Source: Leucoraja erinacea
Taxonomy: Eukaryota
Length of the DNA: 64,000 nucleotides
Assembly: GCF_028641065.1 (NCBI RefSeq)
Contig: NC_073395.1
Coordinates: 32,860,001 to 32,924,000, forward strand
Reading direction: 5' to 3'
Shown here one piece after another: positions 14,901 to 26,900 of this stretch; within the stretch, counting starts at the first letter, position 1, and every line of letters begins with the position of its first letter. The notes under the pieces are model-generated. The model did no database searches, had not been told where the DNA came from, and saw only the letters and a list, made by a program, of their open reading frames with translations. The position numbers and the translations under genes are program-made.

Positions 14901-17900
14901 ACAGTCTTACCCGAATTTTATAAGTTGTGCCCGGTTTTAGATTGTTGAGAAGAAACTCTGTAGTGTCTGCATTTGTTGAAACTTGGATGAAGTCGGCTTG
15001 CTGTATAGGACAAACCTCTTTGTACTCCACCATATAGGATAAAATTCTTCCATTTGTCTGAGAAGGGATATTCCATGTCAGCATTATAGCAGTTGCACCA
15101 ATGAGGCCCACTGCCAGAGCATCAGGAGAGACTGCATCTGTTAAACAGAACATATTTCTCACCAAATAAAGAGCTTGCAGTGTTGCATATTCCTGAATTA
15201 TAGACCATTGTCTCAACAACTTTACAACATACATTATGAAGAAGAACAGAATAACATTAAGGTTTAATATTGCATCATATATGTTTCCACATTATCGGAG
15301 TATTCTGTCTACCACAAAATAAAACAAAAATAGTAGTCAGATTTTTTTGTGCACTGATATACTAATAGTTCCACATAGCTAAAAATGGTTTACAAGATAG
15401 TTACAAATCATCACGCAAAAAGAACTTTAATAAAGCTTTGATCTGGCAGTTCATGACACTTTTATGTTGCCTCAGATTTTTACTGCTGTAAGACAAACCA
15501 AAACAGCACTGCTCTATATTACTCAAAGTGTCCCCTGTGATGTCAATGAACTAAATGCTTTCCTCCTTGTCCTTCCCAAACTGACTGCAGCCTTGGACAC
15601 AACTGACCACACCATTTTCAGCAATGCTTCTCCATGGTCAGCAGCTACTTCTATTCAGATTTATCCATCCTCAGAGAATTATTGACAGTAATTCCTCTTC
15701 ATGCATCTGCACTCTTTGTAGCTCTTCCTCAGAAGGTCATACTTGACCTCTTTCAATAGCTTATCTGTGTACTGCCCATTTGGAAAATCAGTCAAGACCT
15801 TGACATTGGCTTCTCCATGTAAAGACATAAGGTTTGTAGGTTAATTGGCTTGGGTTTGTATACTTGGTATAAGTGTAAACTGCCCTAGTGTGTGTAGTAT
15901 AGTGTTAATGTTCAGGGATCGCTGGTTGGCATGGACGCGGTAGGCCGAAGGGCCTGTTTCCGCACTGTATCAGTAAAAAACCAAAATTAAAACTAAATTC
16001 AAGACTCACGACCTTTGTTGTCAAGTCTCAACAAGATAGTGTGCCACGTATGATCTAAAGTATCCTTGCTGGGATATCATTTTCATATTTTATATATCTC
16101 ATGGCTCACATCCCCAGTAAATAATAATAATAATAATGGATGGGATTTATATAGCGCCTTTCTAGATACTCAAGGTGCTTTACATCGCATTATTCATTCA
16201 CTCCTCAGTCACACTCGGTGGTGGTGAGCTACTTCTGTAGCCACAGCTGCCCTGGGGCAGACTGACGGAAGCGTGGCTGCTAATCTGCGCCTACGGCCCC
16301 TCCGACCACCACCAATCACTCACACACATTCACACACAGGCAAAGGTGGGTGAAGTGTCTTGCCCAAGGACTCAACGACAGTATGCACTCCAAGCGGGAT
16401 TCGAACCGACTACCTTCCGATCGCCAGCCGAACACTTAGCCCATTGCACCATCTGTCGATCCATGTAGAGTCATTTAAAAATCTTTATAAGTTAATACCT
16501 AAGCCCTGGGGACAAATTAAAGCATCTGAACACTTAAGGGCCTGTCCCACTTTCCCGGGCTGCTCACGAATTCTCCTGAGTTTTCCCCTTGATTCAAACT
16601 CAGAGAATGTTCGTAACGGGTCGGTAGATGTATCGTAGCGGCTCGTTATACCAGCCGTAGGTACTCAGGGCATTAAATGTTGCAATTTTTCTCCTCCCGA
16701 CTATCTTTTTACTCGTGGACATTTTTTATCAGGCTGGAAAAAACGTCCCGACTTACCTGATGCCCCGAGTACCTACGGCTGACATAACGAGCCGCTATGA
16801 TACATCCACGGACTCCTACGGCCTCCTACAGACCCGTTACGAGCATTCTCCGAGTTTGAATCAAGGGGGAAACTCGGGAGAATTCGTGAGCAGCTCGGGA
16901 AAGTGGGACAGGCCCTTAAATCTTAGGCCACGCTTGCTGCAAGCTGAGATTTTATTGTGATATGCCCCTAGTGGTCACTCAATGCCATGACCAGCTGCTC
17001 CATGGGCCATAAGATTTCCAAAGCAACATTACCCTCCTCGCCCCTTTCATCCTCCCTCCATGAATTTGTCACATTTCCTCTCCCCCAAGAGTGGCCACAA
17101 GGGGCACACCCATGTTCCCTCATCTCCTTCGCAGCCTCTGGTTCTCATGGAGAGACAGAGCTTCACGTTAATTGACTGCCAATGATTTTCTTATAACTAA
17201 GTGTGTGAATGATCCTGCATGTGCCTAATTTTACTTCGGAGTCACGTGAGTGACTACGTGAAGAACCCACCCAGCGCGCAGGCGCGGCATTACGTCAGCA
17301 GCGCAACAGCGGCAGCAGCTGGAGCCAGGCTCTCCAGCGGCAGCATAAAGACCAGACTCCAGGTAAGTGTCTTTTGTGTTTACAGAGTCGCTAAACGGAG
17401 GAAATACAATGGCTTCCCGAAAGCGACCAGCAAGGAGGACTGCCTGCCCAACTCCACCCGAGGAGGGGTCAATATCTGGGCGGCAGCCACCAGCGGCGGA
17501 GGAGCTGTTTCGACGCTCCCGCACACCCGAAGCCGAGCCGCTCCCTGTGCCGCCGATTACGACGCCCCGCACAGGGAGGAAAGCAACACGCAAATCAGAC
17601 CGGCCGGTGATCTCCGACTCGTCGGAGGAAAGGGAACGCTCTCCACCGGTGAAACGGGGAGACAGCCGCATCAGCTGCATGAGGCAGCTGCTTGAGCAGA
17701 TGCTCGACGAGGAGATGCGGGCTAGGCATCTCCAAGGAGGACGGGCTTTGGCCTCCTCCAAACCGTCGCCACACCCTTCTGTTCCCTCTCTGTTCGAGGG
17801 CAGCAAGGGAGGCCAGGACTGGGCTGGCCTATCACAAGGGCAGGCGGACGACAGCACAAGTATGCCGGGCGAGCTGGAGAAAGAAGAGCTGCTGGGTGTT

Positions 17901-20900
17901 GTCAGTCGGTACGCGGTGCCCCCGACGGCCGGGATGATACTACCACCAAGGATGGCAGCCAGTATCATCAACCTCTCCAACAAGCCCTTGCAGGAGAAGG
18001 TCGTACAGGCGGCCCTTGACACCTATACAGCGCCGCAAAACTGCGAGGCGCTGCGGGTGAAGACCGTGAACGGCCAAATATGGAACCAGCTGGGGCAGCA
18101 GATCAGGACTCAGGAGGTCAAAATGCAACGAATCCTGAAGCTCCACACTGCAGCCATTACCGCCTTTGCTCGGTCCGTCGGAGACGCAGAGCTCTCTACA
18201 CCCCAGCAGGATGTGCTGGCGTTAATGTGCAACACGCAGTACGAACTTAATAACCTCCGGCGTGAAAACATCAGGCCTGCCCTCAACCCCAAATACGCGG
18301 GCCTCTGCAAAGCTCCGGCGCCAGAAAGGGAGGCGCTGCTATTCGGAGCAGACTTGGCTAAAAAGCTCAAGGAATTGGAAGAGGCGGCCAAACCTGTAGG
18401 CCTTATGAGGGCAGCGCCAGGACCGAGCAGGGTGAAGACACCCAGTTGGCAGCACGCCTCGGCATCCACCAGTAGGTACCGAGCTGGTGAAAGCCTGGTG
18501 ACCGCCTCCCACTACCCCCAGAGCTCTTTTTTAGAGCGGGGCCCAGGGCGGAGCCGTGGGAAGATACGCCGCCCCACCGCAGCACCAACAAGGACACCCT
18601 CGGGCCAAACCCATCGGAAACGCTCCCAGAAATAAACATGGAGGTAGGTGGGTCTGGTTCCTGTCGACATACACAGACAAAGGGTGTTGTATTAACAGGA
18701 GGGCGTTTGAGGTTCTTCAAACACATGTGGTGCTCCCTTACTAACAACGAGTTTATACTCAACAGTATCAGTGGATACAAAATTGAATTCAAATCAGGCA
18801 TAGAACCGCCAGTTCAGCATATGCCCCAAAGGGTATTCCTTCCCTCAGATTTAGAGAAGGTAGAAGGACAAGCTGAACTAGACAGGCTCGTGGCCAAAGG
18901 CATCATAGAAAGGACCAGACACGAGCCGTTGGAATTTGTATCCAATATCTTTCTTAAAACTAAAAAACATGGTGGATGTCGTATTATCATTGATTTGACA
19001 TCACTTAATCAGTCTGTTGAGTATCAACATTTCAAAATGGAGACGTTTGTCACTGCCAGACTACTGATCTCCAAGGGATACTTCATGGCAAGCATAGATA
19101 TCAAGGATGCTTACTATTTAGTACCCATTCATAAGGATCATTACAAATATCTGAAATTTATCTGGATGGGGCAACTATGGCAGTAAAGAGCAAGGACACA
19201 TGCACTACGTCTAAGTAGGGGCCATTATGACCGCAAAATGGATTTACCCGCTGAAGCAAAATCAGAACTTCAGTGGTGGGTGCATAATATTTGGCACAGT
19301 TACAGTCCTATCACCGTCACCAATCCTAACATAACCATCGCTACGGATGCCAGTGCTTTAGGCTGGGGAGCTACTAACTCTATAGCCAGCACAGGTGGCA
19401 GATGGACTAACATAGAGGCATCGCTACTTCAATCACTTGGCATAAACTACTTGGAGATGCTCGCCGCATTTTATGGGCTAAAAGCATATGCATCCGATAT
19501 GCGGCATGTGCATGTCAGGGTTATGATTGATAACACAACGGCGGTGTCTTACATCCAGCACATGGGTGGCATAAAATCAGTATCATGCGACAAATTGACT
19601 ACTATAATCTGGCAATGGTGTGTCGAGAGACATATTTGGCTATCAGCTGCCTACTTGCCAGGCAAGCTAAACTCAGTGGCGGACACCAGGTCACGAAAAT
19701 TCAATGACAACATCGAATGGATGTTAGACCCAAAAATATTTGCTATAATTGTCAAGCAATACGGTACGCCAGATATAGATTTGTTCGCATCTAGACTAAA
19801 TCACCAACTACCCATGTATGTGGCTTGGGAACCAGACCCAGAGGCAGCAGCGGTAGATGCCTTCACGCTGGACTGGGGAAATTTATTTTTCTATGCTTTC
19901 CCTCCCTTCTGCCTCATCAGTCGGGTACTCCAGAAAATACAAGCTGACTCAGCTTCAGGTGCTCTGGTCGTACCCGACTGGCCTACCCAACCATGGTTCC
20001 CAATTTTCCACGACATGGTGGTAGAGTCACCTATGGTTTTTCACAGCCACCCACAATTATTGACTCACCCAGTATCTGGCATAAGCCATCCATGCCACCA
20101 AAAATTGAACCTCCTGGTTTCCAGATTCTGAACAGACCTTACCAGGGATTGGGGTTATCAGAACGAACAATCACCACCATGTCGGCATCCCTGCGAGTTT
20201 CTACCAAGAAACAGTACTTGACCTACATCAGGAAATGGGAACAGTACTGCCTGAATGCAGGGACATCTTACAAGACAGCTTCGATCAAGGACGTGCTGGA
20301 GTTCCTGGGCCACTTGCACCATGACCTAAAGATGAGCTACAGTGCCATCAACGCAGCTCGAAGCGCCCTGTCCGCATACCTTATGCCCTCAGGACATCAT
20401 AATATTGGATCCCACCCCCTGGTTATCAAACTCCTTAAAGGGATTTATAATACCAAACCCCCTACACCTAGATACACCCATGTGTGGGATGTTAGTGTAG
20501 TTTTGCAACACCTTCGAGGTTGGCCTCCGGTGGGATCCTTGAGCCTGGAGCAGTCCACTATCAAGACCCTCATGCTCATGGCGCTAGTCTCTGCTCAGAG
20601 GGTTCAGTCGCTGCATCAATTAAGACTGGACTACATGGTGACCACCCCAGATTCCATTACTTTTACCATGCCGGGGTTGGTTAAACAGAGCAGGCCAGGT
20701 ATATCCAACTCTCCGTTGATCTTCCGGGCTTACCCTCCAGAACCCAGGCTATGTGTTGTGACCCATCTACATGATTACATAGACACAACCCAAACACTTA
20801 GAGGGAGTGAGAAAGCCTTATGGGTCAGCCATAGAAAGCCTTTTGGACGGGTTACCAGCCAGACAATATCTAGATGGTTGAAACAGGTCCTAAATACCGC

Positions 20901-23900
20901 AGGGATTAACACGAATGTTTTTAAATCCCATTCAACCAGGGCAGCGTCCACGTCAGCGGCAATACGGATGCAGGTTCCCATAGACCACATCCTTAGTACA
21001 GCGGGATGGTCAAGGGAATCGACATTCCAAAAGTTCTACCATAAACCGCTGATGGAGAAGGACGTCTTTGCGGCGAAAATTTTAGAATCCGCAAAATTAT
21101 AATTTATAGCCCAGGGGAGCTATTTTTGTTATTGTCAAATAAACATTTTTGTTTTAAAAAACTAACAAATTCGTTGGTCTTTAGATACCACTTCCTCCCT
21201 CGATGATCTTTCGGCAGTGAGTGATATAACTGTTACACGGTTTGAAATCACAGACCTTTGAAGTCTTCACGTAGTCACTCACGTGACTCCGAAGTAAAAT
21301 AGTGAGATTAAACGAGTACTTACCAGTACGAAGTTTGATCTGTATTTTATGAGGCGTTACGATGAGGGATTACGTGCCCTCCGCTCCCACCCTCATTGTA
21401 TGGATCAAACTCGGGCTGATGTCTCATTAATCTTTACTTCAATATTGTGTCTACCTGTGATTCCACACCGCTGCTTGGAAGTATGCCGCGCCTGCGCGCT
21501 GGGTGGGTTCTTCACGTAATCCCTCATCGTAACTCCTCATAAAATACAGATCAAACTTCGTACTGGTAAGTACTCGTTTAATCTCACTATTAATCATATA
21601 AGATAAACCCATAACCTGGAGCAACTCATCGGATCTCTGGCAGCATCTCTGGAGAAAAGGAATAGGTGATGTTTTGAGTCGAGACCCTTCTTCAGACTGA
21701 GCATCAGCCCCTGATCGGTCTTGACTGGAAACTTCACCTACTCTTCTTCTTCAGATATGCTGACTGACCCGCTGAGTTACTCCAGCTTTTTGTGTCTATC
21801 TTCGATGTAAAGCAGCATCCTGTAGTTACGTCCTACATAATTAATCATGTAAGTCTGGTTTAAACTCTTCATAAAGAGACAGAACGGCATGGTGACCACA
21901 AATTTATGAAGGAGCTGTTTTGGCATTAATATCATCTTCCCGCGTTACTACGGACCTCTTTATAATGGATGTTGGTTCTAGTGGATGGAGCGTTCCCACA
22001 GTAATCAGACACCACTATCTCTTTAAGAATACAGGCTGCTAGTTACACTGCAGAGGTCATTGAAATTGACAGGCAATTGTTTTGATCGACACTTGTGCAG
22101 TGATATTTTATTAAATTATGTAACAAACTGCTAATGTATTTTTAACTTGCAGCAACAAAAATAATTTTTTAGCTTCACAAAGAACTTTGTATTTGAAAAC
22201 AACTCGCTATTCCACAAAGTGACCGCTAGGTGATTGGACCAGATCCCTTACGCGTTTAATACAGACAGTAGGCAATAATGGACACCATTCTCCCCTATGA
22301 TCTATTATATGAGGGTTGTCTGTACAAATATCTAAGTAAAATCCAATTGATAGACATGCCCATCGCATAATGCATTGTACAATCCAGGGTTATATCAAGT
22401 GCATAGATAACCACGTTAATGTTTAAAAGCAACATACAATAATGTCCAGAAGAATTAAAACATAACTGCCTCAGTTAACAAAAGAATATAATCTTTTTCT
22501 AGTTTTTTTAGGAAACTAAATTTAAATTATAAAGAACTCAAGTTTCATAAATAACTTGCATATCTAATTGTACAATGATCAATAAAAATGAACACAAAGA
22601 TTCACTTAGCAGAAATCCACACTTTTTGCATGTAATGGTGGAGAAACTATTGGCATTGTATCAATCCGCTGTGAAGGTGACATCGGAATTTATACACATG
22701 TGTAATTTATATGGAAATCTTGAAGCCACTGTCTGTAATTCATCCCTGTTTTACAGGCTGTGCAGTTTTGAAGACATCAGTCAGCCCAACTGATGAGAAC
22801 TTGAACTAATCACTGCAAAATAATCAGGTAATATCGCACAGACTTGTATGAGGTCTGAATAAGTGTTCAATGGTTCACTTAATCTTATTGGTAGATTGCA
22901 ATTCCCAGACATGTACCACGTATATTTTGAACCAATAAAAACTATACCATGTTTTAAAAATTATGCAAGAAAATTCAATTTCTATCCTAAACTGTTTCTA
23001 CCATCCATCTGAAGATAGATACCAAAAGCCGGAGTAACTCAGTAGGCCAGACAGCATCTCTGGGGAAAAGGAATAGGTGACAAATAGGTTCGAGACCCTT
23101 CTTCGGATTGAGAGTCAGGGGAAAGGGAAACAAGAGATATAGAAGGTGATATTGACACATATAGAACAAGTAAATGAAAGATATGCAAAAAATAATGATG
23201 TTAAAGGAAACAGGCCATTGTTAGCTATATGCTAGGTGAAAACAAGTTACAGACAATGGGACTCAACAATACGACTTTGAAGCTAGTTCAACAACTTGGG
23301 TGGGGGAGAGACGGAGAGAGAGAGAGGGAATGCAAGGGTGACTTGAAGTTAGGGAAATCAAAATTAATACTGCTGGGTTGTAAGCTGCCCAAGCAAAATA
23401 TGAGGAGCTGTTCCTCCAAATTGCATTGGGCCTCACTCTGACAATGGAGGAGGCCCAGGATTGATAGGTCAGTGTTGGAATGGGAAGGGGAATTAAAATG
23501 TTTGGCAACCGCGAGATCAGGTAGGGCCAGGCAGACTGAGTGAAGGTGATCAGCAAAACGATCGTCCAATCTTTGTTTGTATAAGAGTCTATACCTTGAA
23601 CAACGGATACAGTACATGAGATTGGAGGAGGTGCAAGTGAACCTCTACCTAACCTGAAAGGACTGTCGGGGTCCCTGGATAGAGTCGAGGGAGGAGGTAT
23701 AGCGACAGGTGCTGCATCTCTTGCAGTTGCAGGGGAAGGAACCTGGGGAGGGGGTAGTTTGGGCGGGAAGGGATAAAAGTTAACATGAGCAGATCAAAGT
23801 TAACCAAATATAACGGATCTTGATGCAGGGGCTATAACTTGGGAGAAGACACATTCATTGATTCGCTTAACTTGTAAGTGAATTTAGAGGATTTTGAAGA

Positions 23901-26900
23901 TACGGCATTAATTATGTCACTCCATTGTTTTGGGATGTGTGCTGAGATAGAGGGACCCCATGTCTCAGGAAAGCAAAGGTAGGCAGGATCATTGTTGCCA
24001 AGTACACTGTGAGCTTCGTGCTGGGTTTGGGATCTTGATCTTCAAACACTCTTTCCGTCAGATGATAATAGACTGCACTAACAATAACAAGGGAATGATT
24101 AATTTTGTCACTGATGACTTCCTTTGTTGAGTGTTTACTTCTCCAAATGGTTAGTAATCTACGTTTCCTGGGTCTCACCATGGACCTTTATTGATAGGGG
24201 TATATTGCAGAGGGGAGACACGTTGGTTATGACTTTTGATTTGTGCCTGCTCAGTGGCCCTCAAATGGACAATAGACAATAGGTGCAGGAGTAGGCCATT
24301 CGGCCCTTCGAGCCAGCACCGCCATTCAATGTGATCATGGCTGATCATCCCCAATCAGCCTTCTCCCCATATCCCCTGACTCCGCTATCTTTAAGAGCCC
24401 TATCTAGCTCTCTCTTGAAATGGTTGCATATCTAAGCAGACCCTTACCCTCCATGCCCTTATCATACAACATTTGGAAAATAACTTTGCATAAGTGATGG
24501 TAAAACAAATTCCCCAGGTTGTTTGACATCTGTCAGGATCTGTAAGCATGCTTAGTAGCCTCCCCATGCATGTTCACAAGTTCACCAGTTATAGAAGTAC
24601 AATTAGGCCATTTGGCCCATCAAGTGTACTCCGCCATTCAATCATAGTTGATCTCTGCCTACTAATACCATCTTCCTGCCTTCGCCCCATAACCCTTGAC
24701 ACCCATTCTAATCATGAATTTGTCTGTCTCTGCCTTCAAAATATCCACTGACTTAAGGGTAAGGGTAAGGGCTTTGAGGGTCGCTTACATACTGTTGCAC
24801 AATTATGCCTTGACTGTCACTGTCTGTTATCATTGTATGTATGCAAATTGCTGTGAAATTCAAATAAAAAGATTTAAATCAAAAATATCCACTGACTTGG
24901 CCTCCACAGCCCTCTGTGGCAATAAATTCCACAGATGAACTTCCCTCTGACTAAAGAAGTTCCTCCTCACCTCCTTTTTAAAAGAGTGCCCTTTAATTCT
25001 GAGGCTATGGCCTCTGGTCCTAGACTCTCCCACCAGTGGAAACATCCTTTCCACATCCACTCTATCTATGCCTTTCATTATTTTGTAAGTTTCAACGAGG
25101 TCCACCCTCAACCTTCTAAACTCCAGCGAGTAGAGGGCCAGTGCTGTCAAACGCTCATCATATGCTAATCTACTAATTTCTGGAATCATTCTTGTAAACC
25201 TCCTGTGGACCCTCTCCAGAGCCAACACATCCTTCCTCAGGATTTGGGACCCAAATTTGCTCACAATACTCCAAATGCGGCCTGACCAACACCTTATAGA
25301 GCCTCATCATTACATCACTGTTTTTGTATTCCTGTCCTCTTGATCCAAATGCTAGCATTGAATTTACCTTCCTTATGTGTTCCTTATCTATATTCATCAA
25401 AGATGGGAGGAGCAGAGTCTAATTTGAGGAAATAAGCTCCTGGCACCATGGTAAATGACTGTCCTTTGCAATTAAGTTTTGTAGTAAATTTTTAACAATC
25501 ACGTTGTGTGCTTCATAAGAGAATGTCTGGCTCACTAACTTTCACAAGCAGAATAAACTATAAAACCATTTTTTCCTGCAGATTTTATGACTATTTCAAT
25601 ATGCTACATTCAATAAAATTCTTAAAATCTTTACACAGCTGTTGTATCTTAAATCTTTGCAAAAAAAGCACCTATAGTTTCATTTAAAGTCAGTTGGAGC
25701 TAGTAGAAGTTGGCCGGACTTATTGATCATCACAAGTCCACTTACAAGTTTCATTCGTTGTAAATGATCTGCTGACAGACTTGCTAAACGATGACGAGAC
25801 TGAGGAGACGGTGGCAGTGTACTTTATACCTGGGGTAACATCAAAAAGGTCAGCCTGGAATAACACAAACACAAAATAAGCAATTCAATTGATATGAAAT
25901 TAAAATAAAAAAAGATCTTATTAAGCTTACATTCTTCATCTTTTCCTATCCAATTTCATAAGAATAATTTTCATTCTCTTAGTTGCAACTGCTTTCAGCT
26001 TACGGGAGCTCTCAGTTTCAATAGACATTTAACCAACTATGTAAAGTACAAATGAATTGCAGAACATGAAACAGATTGTTTAATTAAAAAGAGTACCTTT
26101 GTCCTTGCGGTCCCAAATATGAATGCCGTGAAAGATAAAATGAAGAGAAGCTTCATTATTGCATCTTACTTATCACCTCTGTTGGACAAATTCAGCCGTG
26201 CACTGCCGACCGGATTGAGATAGGAGTCATGTCATTAAACATTTAAAGTACTTACTGGCTAGGTACGTAATTAATATCATTGGCTGAATATTAGCACTCT
26301 GCTCTGTTACACTATACATGAATGGCTAGGAGATGTTTAGAACAAAGTAAATCTTAGGCCATACTCTGCTCATTTTGACAAAATCAATAAAACTGAGTGA
26401 GGCAAACAAATGTATGTTTAGGTGCAATTTTACCGCTGAACATAGATATACATAAAACTCTCTACTGTAGAAATTTATCACGCTCCACTAGTGATAGGCA
26501 TTGTGAAAGTCACACCTTGAAACTACCATCCCCCATGTTTGTGATATTAACAGAGCCTTGGTCAGGAATGAGATCCACTTTGTAATGAACATCATTTCCA
26601 GCGGGTCCTCTCCAATGTAAAGTAAATCCTCTGGCTGAAATATTTGAAACTTCCAACATTTGAGGGTTTTCATGCTCTTGAAAAAAAAAAGGAACATTTT
26701 ATTATAAGATTTAATCAATATGAAACAATTGTTTTGCAATGCAAAAAATATTAGTTAATTTCTTGCGCTGTTACCCAGAGAGAGTCAAGTTTATGTGGAC
26801 TCATCAGGTGTAGTTGCACGACAGATGAAAATCCGACCATGGTATGGAAACGTAGGGACCTTCAGGGCTCTGAATTTTACTGATCTGTGCCAGAATTACA

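Larger units (their letters stand above)
17228..21591 (+). mobile_element. DIRS1-type tyrosine-recombinase retrotransposon, both termini present, antisense in a PTPRQ intron
   Basis: gag, RT/RNaseH/MT and YR ORFs; inverted terminal repeats; internal complementary region; ATT trinucleotide at both borders. Confidence 0.96.

Noticed and set aside
17363-17385. gtaagt...tttacag as a complete intron
   Set aside because: Only 23 nt, too short to splice on its own; the donor is considered with distant acceptors instead.
17219-18801. Overlapping alternative-frame and antisense ORFs (158, 263, 119, 132 aa)
   Set aside because: Shadows of the GC-rich DIRS gag region; no recognisable domains.
19993-21102. 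Phage integrase or bacterial contamination
   Set aside because: The recombinase lies inside a DIRS element with ITRs and ICR in a vertebrate intron.
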